A DNA stretch of 64,000 nucleotides, taken from positions 1 through 64,000 of the forward strand of contig CAXNJO010000008.1 of the NCBI GenBank assembly GCA_964202905.1, written 5' to 3'. Position 1 is the stretch's first letter, and every line of letters begins with the position of its first letter. The DNA is from Polyangiales bacterium (GTDB lineage Bacteria; Myxococcota_A; Polyangia; Polyangiales; JADJQN01). The translations under genes and the position numbers were made by a program. Below are positions 22,809 through 32,265 of this stretch, in pieces. The notes beneath the pieces were generated by a model. The model made no database searches, was not told the origin of the DNA, and saw only the letters and a list, made by a program, of their open reading frames with translations.

Positions 22809-23096
22809 TCAGTGCGGGGCTGCGGCCGGCTCGGCCGCAGGCTCGGCGGGTGCGCCGCCATCGCTCGCGCCGTCGACCACCGCGCCATCCGCAGCGGCGG
22901 CGTTGGCCGCGTCGCCGCTCGGATTCGCGGCGCGGTACACGACGAAGAGGCCGAGCAGCGCGAGCAGCGCGAGGCCGACCACGGGCACCCACGTCGGCGT
23001 GTCGCCCGCTTCGTCCTTCACCGTCAGCGGGACGCTGGGCGCGGGGTGGGGGTGAGCGTCGTGCGAGTCGTCGTGGGAAGCGTGCGGGTCGGACAT
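22809..23096 (-). CDS. Small His-rich single-pass membrane protein
   Basis: His-rich N-terminus, DEAGDTPTWVP followed by one TM helix, GC3 bias, TAACGT upstream. Confidence 0.65.
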   Translation of the reverse strand: MSDPHASHDDSHDAHPHPAPSVPLTVKDEAGDTPTWVPVVGLALLALLGLFVVYRAANPSGDAANAAAADGAVVDGASDGGAPAEPAAEPAAAPH

Positions 23097-23145
23097 GTCG
23101 GGCGCGCACGTTAGCGGCGCCGCCCGCGCATTTCAACGGGGGACT

Positions 23146-23517
23146 TCAGCCGCCGCGGACCTGCGTGACCCGGCGCGCCGCGCGCCACGTCGCGAGCCGC
23201 GCGCGCCGATCCCCCGCGAGTACGAGCGTTTTGCCCTCGACGCTGCCCCCGCAACAGAGCGCCTTCCGCGCCTCGCGACACCACACCTCGAGCCCCGCCG
23301 CATCGAGCGCGAGCGGCTCGACGAGCGTGACCTCCTTCCCCCCGCGCCCCATGCGCTCGTACCGCAACACCGCCCGCGTCGGCCCCTTCTTCGCCTTCGC
23401 GTCGCGCGCATGTGCGGATTGCGCATGTGCGTCGTTGTTGGAAGCGGAGGTCGGCGCAGCGCCTTCGGGCAGCGATTCGCGCAGCGCAGCAAGCTTGGAG
23501 AAGGGGTTGTTGGACAT
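23146..23517 (-). CDS. yciH: Translation initiation factor SUI1/YciH family
   Basis: NPFSKLAAL, ERMGRGGKEVT, KALCCGGSV, LAGDRR. Confidence 0.85.
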   Translation of the reverse strand: MSNNPFSKLAALRESLPEGAAPTSASNNDAHAQSAHARDAKAKKGPTRAVLRYERMGRGGKEVTLVEPLALDAAGLEVWCREARKALCCGGSVEGKTLVLAGDRRARLATWRAARRVTQVRGG

Positions 23518-23713
23518 CGCGTGTGTCTCTGCGGAAGGAGCAGGGAGAAATAGCGTGTTTGCCGGGCGACGTCGGACGGGGAGTGTGTGTGGGCGCGGAA
23601 GGCGTCGAGCTGTCCCGCCGGACGCCCGGTCGAGGCGACGGCCGACGCCGCGCCACAGCGTTCGCGCCGCTCGAGATGAGGTGTTTCGTGACGGTCGAAG
23701 TGGTCGAAGTAGG

Positions 23714-23743
23714 TTGACGGGCTCGGCCGACCTCCATGACAAT
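23714..23743 (+). promoter_or_regulatory. Candidate sigma70 promoter for the Cys-rich gene
   Basis: TTGACG-18 nt-GACAAT. Confidence 0.35.
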
Positions 23744-25057
23744 CGCCCGATCGATGCCCTGTTGCGCGCCGCGCGACATGCCACGTTCGATCACCGCAGA
23801 GGTGCCGGAATGTCGAAAAAGCCCATGATTTCAAGCGAAAGTGGGGGGTAATCGCTGCGCTCCTCGTGTTCGTCGCCGCATGCGGTGACGACACGCCGGG
23901 CGAGACGCCGGACGCCGGCACGACCCTCGACGCCGGATTCGACGGCGCGCCGCCGCGCGACGCGGACGTCGCCGACGGCGCGCTGCCCGGGAGCGTGACG
24001 CGGGTCTCGTCGACGGCTCGACGGGGACGGAGCCGCGGCATGGCAGGATTCGCCTGCGCCGGGCGTCTCGCGATGGCGGGATGTCGGCCATGGACGCGGA
24101 CGTCGCGGCAGCGGCGGGATGTCGAGCGGCGATTCGGGCAGCCCCGATGGCGGCATGCCCGCTATGGACGCGGGCGCGGATGCCGGTGTCGACGCAGGGC
24201 CGCCCGGATGCAGCCCCGCGGCCTGCGACGACGGCGTGAGCTGCACCGAGGATGTGTGCAGCGAAGACGGCCGCTGTGTGCATCGGCTGCTCGAGACGGC
24301 GTGCGCCCGCGGCCAGTACTGCGATCTCGCGCGCGGCTGCGTGAACGGCGCGGTGTGCAGCACCGACGCCGAGTGCGCCGACAGCGACCCGTGCACGACC
24401 ATGGAGCGCTGCGACACCTCGTTCCCACGCCGGTGCACGCACCGCATCCTCGACGCCGACGCGGACCGCGAGACGACCACCGCCTGCGGCGGCGGCGACT
24501 GCAACGATGCGAGCAACACCGTCTCGATGATGGCGCACCAGGTCTGCGGCAGCGCCGTCGACGCAGACTGTGATGGTTTGGTGGCGCTGGATGACCTACT
24601 CGGCACGACGGCGTGTGCGAATGACGTGCTGGTGGGCGGGTTGGCGGCTTGTCCGTCGACTCCAATCGATGTTGGTGGATTCGTAAATCGAGTCGTGGAT
24701 GTGGCTGAGAATCCCCTCGATCCGTCGCTTTGCAGCGACCCCTTCGTCGCGGTTCAGGCCCTCGCGGTGTGTCAATCAACAGCCGCGTGCGATGCATCCA
24801 ACGCTTGCGTAGTTGGCGTGAGCCTCGGATTGACTCCTTCAGATGTGTCCTTCTCGGTAAACGTAGCCTTCACGGATTGCCGCGCGGCGTATCGTGCCGC
24901 CTGCGCATGTGCGGGCTCTTCAGTTCGGTGCGCCACGACTTGGGATTCGCTCTGCGACTCGAACTGTCGTCTCAGCGACGGAAATGCATGTATTGCAAGT
25001 GATATTCGAGGGGCTCCGGAACGTGTCAATGCGTTTGAGACAGTGGACATGAGAAAT

Positions 25058-26200
25058 CTATGTTGCGTTCGAGGCGATGGGCGACGTGCCGCGTAGTCGT
25101 GGAGCACTCGTCGTGGGCGGGTCCACGAGCGCACGAGACGTGCTCGAGATCTCGGACACGACGGTCTGCATGGCGACGTCGTTGGACGGCTTTGCAAGGA
25201 CGCTGACGGCTTCTGCAGTGATCGGGTTGATGTGCACTTCGGTGGGCGGCATCGGGACGCGAGGCGGGCCGTGAGGGAAGCGCTCGGGATGCGCTGCGTA
25301 CGCGGCGTCGAGCGCGCCCTGTCGCGCGGCGCGGACGACTTCGACGCGCCCGAAGAAGACGTCCGCGGGCGTGAAGAGCGCGAGGCCGGAATGATGGTGC
25401 TCGTCGTTGTGCCACCCGAAGAAATCCTGGAGGTAGCCTCGACCGTGGAGCTCGCCTTCGAAGAGGCCCGGGTAGTCGGGCTGGTACTTCAGCGTCTTGA
25501 ACTGCGCCTCGCTGAAAGGGTTGTCGTCGGAGATGCGTGGGCGGCTGAAGCTGGTCGAGGCGCCGAGCGATGCGAACAGTTGGGCGAGCGTGTCGCTCCT
25601 CATAGCGGAGCCGCGGTCGGCGTGGACGGTGAGGCCGGGCTCGACGCCGTGGCGCGCGATGGTCTCGGCGAAGAGCTGAGCGGCGAGGTGCTTGCACTCC
25701 TTGGTCGCGAGCATCCACCCGACGACGTAGCGGCTGAAGAGATCGATGATGACGTACGCCATCAAGAAGACTCCCTTCTGCACCGTCGCGAGCTTCGTGA
25801 TGTCCCATGTCCAAACTTGGTTCGGCGCGGTCGCCGTGAGCGACGGTTTCGTATACGCTCGCGCAGGACGCTGATTTCTGCGCTCGCCCGTCTCGCCCGC
25901 GGCGGCAAGCACGCGGTAAATCGTGCGGATGGACGCGAGATACACGCCTGTGCCGAGCAAGGCCGCGTAGACCTCGGTGGGCGGCTGATCGACGAACTCG
26001 GGAAGATGGAGAGTGTCGAGGATGCGCTGGCGCTCGCTGTCGGCGAGACGACGCGGACTCGGCGCACACACTCGGGCCACGAGCGGCCCAATGAAGCGTG
26101 GTCGACGGGACCGATAGAGCGTCGCGCGACTCACCTCGAGCGCGTCGCACGCCGCGTTCACCGGCACGAGGTCGTGGTCTCGTTGTTCGACGATGGCCAT
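25058..26200 (-). CDS. IS3-family transposase OrfB (DDE integrase core)
   Basis: PNQVWTWDIT, DLFSRYVVGW, HADRGS, DNPFSEAQFKTLKY. ATG overlaps the orfA stop (TGATG). Confidence 0.92.
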   Translation of the reverse strand: MAIVEQRDHDLVPVNAACDALEVSRATLYRSRRPRFIGPLVARVCAPSPRRLADSERQRILDTLHLPEFVDQPPTEVYAALLGTGVYLASIRTIYRVLAAAGETGERRNQRPARAYTKPSLTATAPNQVWTWDITKLATVQKGVFLMAYVIIDLFSRYVVGWMLATKECKHLAAQLFAETIARHGVEPGLTVHADRGSAMRSDTLAQLFASLGASTSFSRPRISDDNPFSEAQFKTLKYQPDYPGLFEGELHGRGYLQDFFGWHNDEHHHSGLALFTPADVFFGRVEVVRAARQGALDAAYAAHPERFPHGPPRVPMPPTEVHINPITAEAVSVLAKPSNDVAMQTVVSEISSTSRALVDPPTTSAPRLRGTSPIASNAT

Positions 26201-26652
26201 CAGATCTCCCCGTCGAACTCGGGCAGTGCGATTCCCAGTATCTCGTGCGCTTTTTTTTGGAGGTCGATGAGCGCGTGCGCGACGAGCAGCTTGCGCTGCG
26301 TCCGTGCGAGCTCCTTGGTGACCGCGAGCAGCTGCCGGTCCTTCGCGTCGAGCTTGGGCTTGCGACCAGGCTTCTGCGCCGCGAGGCCCGCGATACCACG
26401 AACCCCGAGCTGCGTGCGCCACGCGGTCAGGTGCGAGCTGTAGATGCCTTCCTTGCGCAACAGGGCAGCCAGCGCACCTCGCTCGCCGCTGACGACCGCG
26501 GCCTCTGCGGCCTTCACAAGACGCAACTTCTCCGACGCCGAGAACCGTCGCCGCGTTGTGGGCGGCACGCTCTCCAGCGATGCTCCGCTCGCGCCGAGCT
26601 CACGCTCTTTGGTGAGACTTTCAGGACGAGGAACTGGGGCACGCTTGGGCAT
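26200..26652 (-). CDS. IS3-family transposase OrfA
   Basis: RRRFSASEKLR…LLRKEGIYSSHLTAWR HTH, and an LQKK A8 slippery site at 26251-26258. Confidence 0.88.
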   Translation of the reverse strand: MPKRAPVPRPESLTKERELGASGASLESVPPTTRRRFSASEKLRLVKAAEAAVVSGERGALAALLRKEGIYSSHLTAWRTQLGVRGIAGLAAQKPGRKPKLDAKDRQLLAVTKELARTQRKLLVAHALIDLQKKAHEILGIALPEFDGEI

Positions 26653-27404
26653 TCTCGGTGAACCATTCTCCGCCCATCAGGACAAACATATCGAGGGAAA
26701 GCTGTCTCACGCGACGTTGGCACAGAGGGCTCCACCCACCTTCGACATTTGTCGTGATCTCGGCGCCGACGAGAACAACTGCGGTGCGTGCGGGAATGTC
26801 TGCGCGACGGGGGAGGCCTGCCTGCGCGGCGTCTGCTGTCGAGATGTGGACGGTGATGGAGACCTGACTCCCGCGTGCGGCGGTACGGATTGCGATGACA
26901 GTCGGCCAGAAGTGTTCGGAGCCGCTGTCGATTTGTGTGACGGACTCGACAACGATTGCGATGGCGCCACTGACGAGGACGATCCGGCTATTGGAACGCC
27001 CTGCAGCTCTGCTGCGTGTGCGGCGTCGAGTGTGCGGATCTGCTCGGCGGGGACGTGGACATGTGGTGGAACATGGACGAGCGAGTGCGAAACAGGTCTG
27101 GAGATCGACCTTGGCGAGCGCCATGGCTGTGTTCGGCGCCCGCTGAACGACTTGTATTGTTGGGGTACGAATACTGCGGGGCAGATTGGAAACGGTGGAT
27201 TGGTCGGTGCGTTGAATGTCACGCCCGTGTTCGTGATGTCGAACGTGATTGATGAAAGTGCAGGGCTTAACACGCAGTGTGCAGTACGTGCCGATGGTGC
27301 GGTCTTCTGTTGGGGGGGCAATAGCGTCGGACAGATCGGTGATGGTACCTTCCTCGACCGCTCCACGGCGAGCTGAACCTCCCCCCGTTCTGCGGACAGT
27401 TTGA

Positions 27405-28280
27405 CTATGCAGCCCGCCCTTGAATCTGACTCATCAATTCGAACTCGATAGGACTCATGTACCCGAGATGCGAGTGACGACGTCGCGTGTTGTAGAAGTT
27501 GTCGATGTAATCGCCGATCGCGACGGTCGCCGCGTCGTGCGACGTGTAGATGTGCTCGCCGACGAGCTCGGTCTTCAAGGTGCTGAAGAAGCTCTCGGCG
27601 ACGGCGTTGTCCCAGCAGTCCCCCTTCCGGCTCATGCTCGCGATCATGGCGAAGCGCTCGAGCTCGGCGCGGTAGTCGTCGCTGGCGTAGGGGCTTCCGC
27701 GATCGGAGTGCTGCACGAGGCCCGCTGGTGGCCGCCTCGTCGTGATCGCGTCGCGGAGCGCGTCGAGCGCCAGGAAGCGGTCGTTCGTCGCGCTCGTCGC
27801 CCAGCCGACGACGCGGCGCGAGAACAAGTCGAGCATCACGGCGAGGAACAGCCAGCCGCTGCGCGTCCAGATGCACGTCACGTCGGTGACCCAGGTGTCG
27901 TTCTTCTCGTCGGTGACGAAGTTGCGATCGACGACGTTCGGCGCGATCGGGTCACCGTGCTTCGAGTCGGTCGTCGCGCGGAAGCGCTTCTTGGCCCGCG
28001 CCACGAGGCAGTCTTCGCGCATGATCTTCGCGACGGTCTTCTCGCTCACGATCACGCCGTCGGCCTGCAGCTCGGCGCGGACGCGAGGACTCCCATAGGT
28101 TCGTCGGCTCGCCTCGAAGGCCTCGCGCACCTTCGCGCGCAGCTCGGTGTTGCGGGCCTTCCGCTTCGACACGGGCAGCGCCTTCCATCTGTAGAAGCCG
28201 CTCGTCGAGACGCGGAGCACGCAGCACATCACGGTCACGGGGTAGGCCACCGTCCACGCGAGGATGAACGCGTACTTCAC
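27405..28280 (-). CDS. IS3-family transposase OrfB
   Basis: YGSPRV, WVTDVT, DLFSRRVVGW, HSDRGS, CWDNAVAESFFSTLKTE, YNTRRRHS. Confidence 0.95.
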   Translation of the reverse strand: MKYAFILAWTVAYPVTVMCCVLRVSTSGFYRWKALPVSKRKARNTELRAKVREAFEASRRTYGSPRVRAELQADGVIVSEKTVAKIMREDCLVARAKKRFRATTDSKHGDPIAPNVVDRNFVTDEKNDTWVTDVTCIWTRSGWLFLAVMLDLFSRRVVGWATSATNDRFLALDALRDAITTRRPPAGLVQHSDRGSPYASDDYRAELERFAMIASMSRKGDCWDNAVAESFFSTLKTELVGEHIYTSHDAATVAIGDYIDNFYNTRRRHSHLGYMSPIEFELMSQIQGRAA

Positions 28281-28585
28281 GCGTTCTCCTTGGCGAAGAA
28301 GGTGGCCGCCGCTTTTAGGATTTCGCGTTCCATTCGGAGCTGCTTGTTCTCTCGCCGCAGCCGCGCCAGCTCGGCCCGCTCTTCGGTCATCAGCACCGTA
28401 GGGCTTCCGACGCCTGCGTCTGCCTCAGCTCGCCGCACCCACTCGCGCAGCGTCGTCTCCGTGAGGTCGAGGTCCTTCGCCACCTGCGTCGCGGACTTCC
28501 CGCTCACGACCAGCCGCACCGCGTCTGCTCGAAACTCCGGCGTGAACGATCGCTTTGCTCGCCGGCCTGTCTTCAGCTTCTTCAT
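28277..28585 (-). CDS. IS3-family transposase OrfA
   Basis: RSFTPEFRADAVRLV, VAKDL, MEREILKAAATFFAKE. GAGGAG RBS. Confidence 0.92.
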   Translation of the reverse strand: MKKLKTGRRAKRSFTPEFRADAVRLVVSGKSATQVAKDLDLTETTLREWVRRAEADAGVGSPTVLMTEERAELARLRRENKQLRMEREILKAAATFFAKENA

Positions 28586-29489
28586 GGACACTCCTCGCGC
28601 ATCTTCGCGCTACCCGGGGTGTCCGCAAACCGGGGGGAAGCTCGACCCGAGTGGTCCGGGGTTTCCGATGCCATTCAGGTCGCGGTTGGGCCGCGGCACG
28701 GTTGCGCGACTCGACGCGGTGGTCGTGTCGTGTGCTGGGGAGGCAACTCAACGGGGGCGCTGGGCGACGGGACATTCGTAAGCACGTCGACCCCCGTTGA
28801 TGTGGTTGGGTTGGACGACGCAGTCGAGGTCGAAGTTGGCACTCTCCACAGTTGCGCGCGTCGGCGTTCAGGAACCGTGGAGTGCTGGGGAGGGCCGAGG
28901 TTGCTTGGAGACGGGCTCACGGTGGCCCGGGCGACTCCTGGGCCCGTTTCAGGTCTGAGTGACGCGACCGCACTCAGCGTCAATCTCGGTCGATCTTGCG
29001 CGGTGCGCGCCTTGGGAACAGTCGTGTGTTGGGGCGGCGCGCCTTCCATCGATGCGCCGCTTCCCGTCGAAGTTGCAATGACGGCTGGGGCTGTCGCCGT
29101 CGATGTCGGGAACCGGTTTGTTTGCGCTCGTCGAGCGGACGGCAATGCAGTCTGCTGGGGTGAGAACAGCTACGGGCAATTGGGTGGCGGAACGGCGTCT
29201 GCAACGCCGATTTCCGTTCCGGTCTTGGTGTCCGGTGTCCTGGCATCGCTAGCATCGCCGCTGGCTATCGCTCTTCCTGCGCGGTGCGCGACGATGGCCG
29301 TGTCTTCTGCTGGGGCTTCAACGGCGATGGGCAGCTTGGCGATGGAACGACGGTTGATAGGCTCAGCCCAACCGCCGTCGTCGGATTCTGAGCGAATGAA
29401 AGAAACCATCGACCAGCAACGCGACACACGTATTCGAACTATCCGCATCTGAGTACATTGCGTATTTGGTCGCATCGAAAGGGTCTGCT

Positions 29490-30206
29490 ATGGCGCTGCG
29501 TTCAATCACCATTCGAATTGGCTACACATGGGACGACAAGCTCGCAAAGGATGAGCGTTGGCGGGCTCTGCGGGAATTCTGCGAGAGTGCCGGGCGGCAA
29601 GGCCTGAGTCAGGCGAACACCCTTTTGGCGCGCGCTGTGACGGCGGAGGACGATGGGGAGGGAGAGCCGAGCAGCCTCGAGGAGGCGTGGAAGGCAGGCC
29701 GGCTGCCCGGGCTACGGGTCGAGCGGTTGCGAGCGTCGGCCGGGCGATTCGCGTGGGAGAACATCCGCTCGCGGATTGATGGTGCGGACATCCTCGTGTT
29801 CGACTACACGCCGGTCGCCAAAGGCGGGAGAGACGTTGCGGCGACGAGCGGTAATGTCTGGCTCGAGCTTGGATACGCGTACGGCCGGAAGGAGCCCGAA
29901 AATGTGTTCGTCACGCATGCGGAATCCGACGGACATCACGACATCCCCTCGGATTTGCGAGGGCTCATCGTCGGTCATCTCCCAGACAGTGGCGGTGTCG
30001 GTGATCGGTCGCTTCGTGCCGCTATCGCAGGCGCGGTGAAGCGCATCGCGATCGAGCGTGCTGAGGCGAGTATGCAGAGCGGAAGCCATGCTCGAACGAT
30101 TGAGACGCTGAGCTCGGAGGTACCGGAATCGCCAACCAGGAAGCAGGCGGCGAAGGGAAAAGCCGTGTCGAAGCCAAAGACCAAGAATCCTCGGTCGAAG
30201 GGCTGA
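29490..30206 (+). CDS. TIR-like/nucleoside 2-deoxyribosyltransferase-like nucleotide-processing protein
   Basis: IRSRIDGADILVFDYT…NVWLELGYAYG…IPSDLRGL pattern, Lys-rich tail, lower GC3 than the host genes. Confidence 0.6.
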   Translation: MALRSITIRIGYTWDDKLAKDERWRALREFCESAGRQGLSQANTLLARAVTAEDDGEGEPSSLEEAWKAGRLPGLRVERLRASAGRFAWENIRSRIDGADILVFDYTPVAKGGRDVAATSGNVWLELGYAYGRKEPENVFVTHAESDGHHDIPSDLRGLIVGHLPDSGGVGDRSLRAAIAGAVKRIAIERAEASMQSGSHARTIETLSSEVPESPTRKQAAKGKAVSKPKTKNPRSKG

Positions 30207-30266
30207 TCTCGGAGCGAGCGCACCCCGCGCCCTCGGAGCGCGGCGCCCGCGTGCTACCGTCGACCG

Positions 30267-30755
30267 GTGTTCGTTCGTGATGTGACGCAGGCGCTCGACG
30301 AGGCGGGGGTGCCGTACTGCATCGTCGGCGGGCTGGCGGTGAATCTGCATGGGATTCCGCGGACGACGTTTGATGTGGACATCGTCGTTCCGCGGGAGGC
30401 GGGGCCGCTGCGCGCGTGTCGCGAGGTGCTCGAGGGGTTGGGGCTCCGGGCGCGGCTGCCGGTGGCGCTCGAGTCGCTGGCGGGGGAGTCGGACGAGGCG
30501 CTGCGCGCGCGGAATCTCGTGGCGTACACGTTCACCGATCCGGCGAATCCGCTGCGCGAGGTGGATGTGCTCGTGGCGCCGCCGATTCCGGGGCGGGAGC
30601 TGGTGAGTCGCGCGATTGTGCGGGAGTCGGCCGAGCTCGCGGTGCGCGTGGCGTGCATCGCGGATTTGGTCGCGCTGAAGCGCGCGGCGGGGCGGGCGCA
30701 GGATCTCGCGGATCTGCGGCATTTGGAGCGGCTGCTGCCGCGGGAGCGGGCATGA
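30267..30755 (+). CDS. Nucleotidyltransferase family protein (DUF6036/AbiEii-like)
   Basis: YCIVGGLAVNLHGIPRTTFDVDIVV (GG…DxD) and LVALKRAAGRAQDLAD. Confidence 0.85.
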   Translation: MFVRDVTQALDEAGVPYCIVGGLAVNLHGIPRTTFDVDIVVPREAGPLRACREVLEGLGLRARLPVALESLAGESDEALRARNLVAYTFTDPANPLREVDVLVAPPIPGRELVSRAIVRESAELAVRVACIADLVALKRAAGRAQDLADLRHLERLLPRERA

Positions 30756-30964
30756 GCGACGCGCCGGGCGGCTTCGATTACGAGGTGTCCGACGCGCAGA
30801 TCGCGGCGTATTCGGCGCTGCCGATTCATGTGCGCATCGCGTGGGTGGAGGAGACGGCGCGGGTCGCGTATCTGCTCTCGACGCCGGAGGTGCGCGCGCG
30901 CTGGGCGGCCTTGCGGCGGGGCGAGGCGATGCCGATCTCGGAGCCGGGTGCGGAGGAGCGTTGA
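30752..30964 (+). CDS. Small protein coupled to the nucleotidyltransferase (putative partner/antitoxin)
   Basis: ATGA overlap; 70 aa, MSDAPGGFDYEVSDAQIAAYSALPIHVRIAWVEE…. Confidence 0.65.
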   Translation: MSDAPGGFDYEVSDAQIAAYSALPIHVRIAWVEETARVAYLLSTPEVRARWAALRRGEAMPISEPGAEER

Positions 30965-31016
30965 GCGTGTATCGCTGACTCGTCGAGCAGCGCGTGAATG
31001 GGATTCACGCGGGCAG

Positions 31017-31517
31017 TCAGGGGTGGCGGATACGACGCCCGGTGTGGTGATGGGGGCAGCGCCTTCCGAGCGCTGCTTCGAGGGTGTCGGCGAAGAGCAG
31101 GCGTTCGGCGATGGCGTCGAGCGCGTCGGCCGAGACGGCCGCGAGGCGCGCGGTGACGACGTCGGGGAGCGGGCCGTATTTCAGCTGCAATTGCTGGGTG
31201 ACCGAGGCGCGAAGCCGGGCGTTGGCGTCTTTCCAGAGGGGTTCGACTTCGGCGAGGCGTTGCTCGAATTCGGCGAGGCGCTCGGCGAGCTCGGCGCGGG
31301 CGCGCGCTTCGCCTTCTTCGCGGAGGGAGTCGGCGATGGTCTTCACTTTCTTCACCGCATCCTCCAGTTCGGGGTCAGGCAGGGCGGCGATGACGTCGTG
31401 GACCAGGGGGCGCTCGTCCGTCGTGACGACGGCCAGAAGGTAACGCAGACGCTGGTTGAGTACCGCACCTCGCCAGTGAGAGTGGCGCATTCCGCGAGAT
31501 TGGGATTTGCCGGTCAC
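31017..31517 (-). pseudogene. C-terminal remnant of an Rpn/YhgA-family protein with DUF4351-like tail; possible small ORF from GTG 31355
   Basis: VKTIADSLREEGEAR…QLQLKYGPLP…LDAIAERLLFADTLEAAL. No N-terminal PD-(D/E)XK nuclease domain. Confidence 0.7.
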
Positions 31518-31571
31518 GACGGAATGAATCCGATTCTCGGCGTGGGTTGGAGGTGGACGGGAAATCCCGAC

Positions 31572-32264
31572 TCACAACCACGCGCGGCGCAGCGCGATGG
31601 CGCTCGACCAGCCGTGGGCGGTGGCGCGGCCTTCGCGGTCGACGACGACGGCGCCGACGAGCCAGCGTGCGCCGCGGGCGGGGACGTCGAGGCCGGCGCG
31701 GTAGCGGCCGGCGGGGAGGGTGCTGCGCAAGTAGCGCGGGGTGACGTCGCGCGGGGGCGCGCCGCCGGGGCGCTCGTCGAGGAAGAGCGCGAGGCGGAAG
31801 CGGGCGCCGAGGGTGCCCGGGTCGTCGACGCGGACTTCGACCATGGCGCGGGCGTGGCCGGACTCGAAGGTGCCGCCCGCGTGCGCGCCCGCGCGGCCGG
31901 CGGCGAGGCGCACGTCGAGGCGCAATTCTCCCGCACCGGTGCGGACGAAGGTGCGCGGCGTGCGCGGCGCGTCGGTGTCGGGCTCGTCGGCGGCGAGGAT
32001 GGCCACGGTCGACCACGGGGCGCGGCCGACGAGGTTGGCGGGGCCCGCCGTCGCGTCGAAGTCGGTGAGCAGGCGCGCGCGGGCGGCGGCCGGGGAGGGC
32101 GCGTCGACCACGACCGTCGCGTCGTCGTGCTCGGGCTGCGCGACGACGACGAAGCGGCGCGCGGCGCGTGGGGCGCGCGCCGTCGCGCAGGACGCGAGCG
32201 CGACGAGCAGCGCAGCGCGGGCGAGCCAGCAGCGCACGGCGCGGTCGGTCGACGCGCGGCGCAC
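31572..32264 (-). CDS. Hypothetical lipoprotein
   Basis: Lipobox ALASC and GC3 bias; begins 1 nt after the SGNH gene. Confidence 0.65.
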   Translation of the reverse strand: MRRASTDRAVRCWLARAALLVALASCATARAPRAARRFVVVAQPEHDDATVVVDAPSPAAARARLLTDFDATAGPANLVGRAPWSTVAILAADEPDTDAPRTPRTFVRTGAGELRLDVRLAAGRAGAHAGGTFESGHARAMVEVRVDDPGTLGARFRLALFLDERPGGAPPRDVTPRYLRSTLPAGRYRAGLDVPARGARWLVGAVVVDREGRATAHGWSSAIALRRAWL

Positions 32265-32265
32265 G

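Larger units (their letters stand above)
25017..26729 (-). mobile_element. IS3-family insertion sequence (element 1)
   Basis: Imperfect terminal IRs (GTGTCAATGCGTTTGAGACAG / GTGCCAACGTCGCGTGAGACAG), a 3-bp CTC direct repeat at 25014-16 and 26730-32, and orfA/orfB. Excision restores the host reading frame. Confidence 0.88.
27374..28644 (-). mobile_element. IS3-family insertion sequence (element 2)
   Basis: IRs TGAACCTCCCCCCGTTCTGCGGACA / CGAGCTTCCCCCCGGTTTGCGGACA and orfA/orfB. Target duplication not resolved. Confidence 0.88.
23810..29391 (+). pseudogene. Large Cys-rich lipoprotein with putative metal-binding repeats and C-terminal RCC1 repeats, interrupted by two IS elements
   Basis: Lipobox FVAAC and DAG linker; CDDGVSCTEDVC, DCND…C…DADCDG, DENNCGACGNVC and DGLDNDCDG repeats; RCC1 units (CWGxNxxGQ[IL]GDG). 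Segments 23810-25016, 26733-27373 and 28645-29391, with further small indels. Confidence 0.8.

Noticed and set aside
23518..23700. Possible c-di-GMP riboswitch upstream of yciH (GGCAAAC on the minus strand)
   Set aside because: The GNRA tetraloop stem and second hairpin of the GEMM motif could not be identified.
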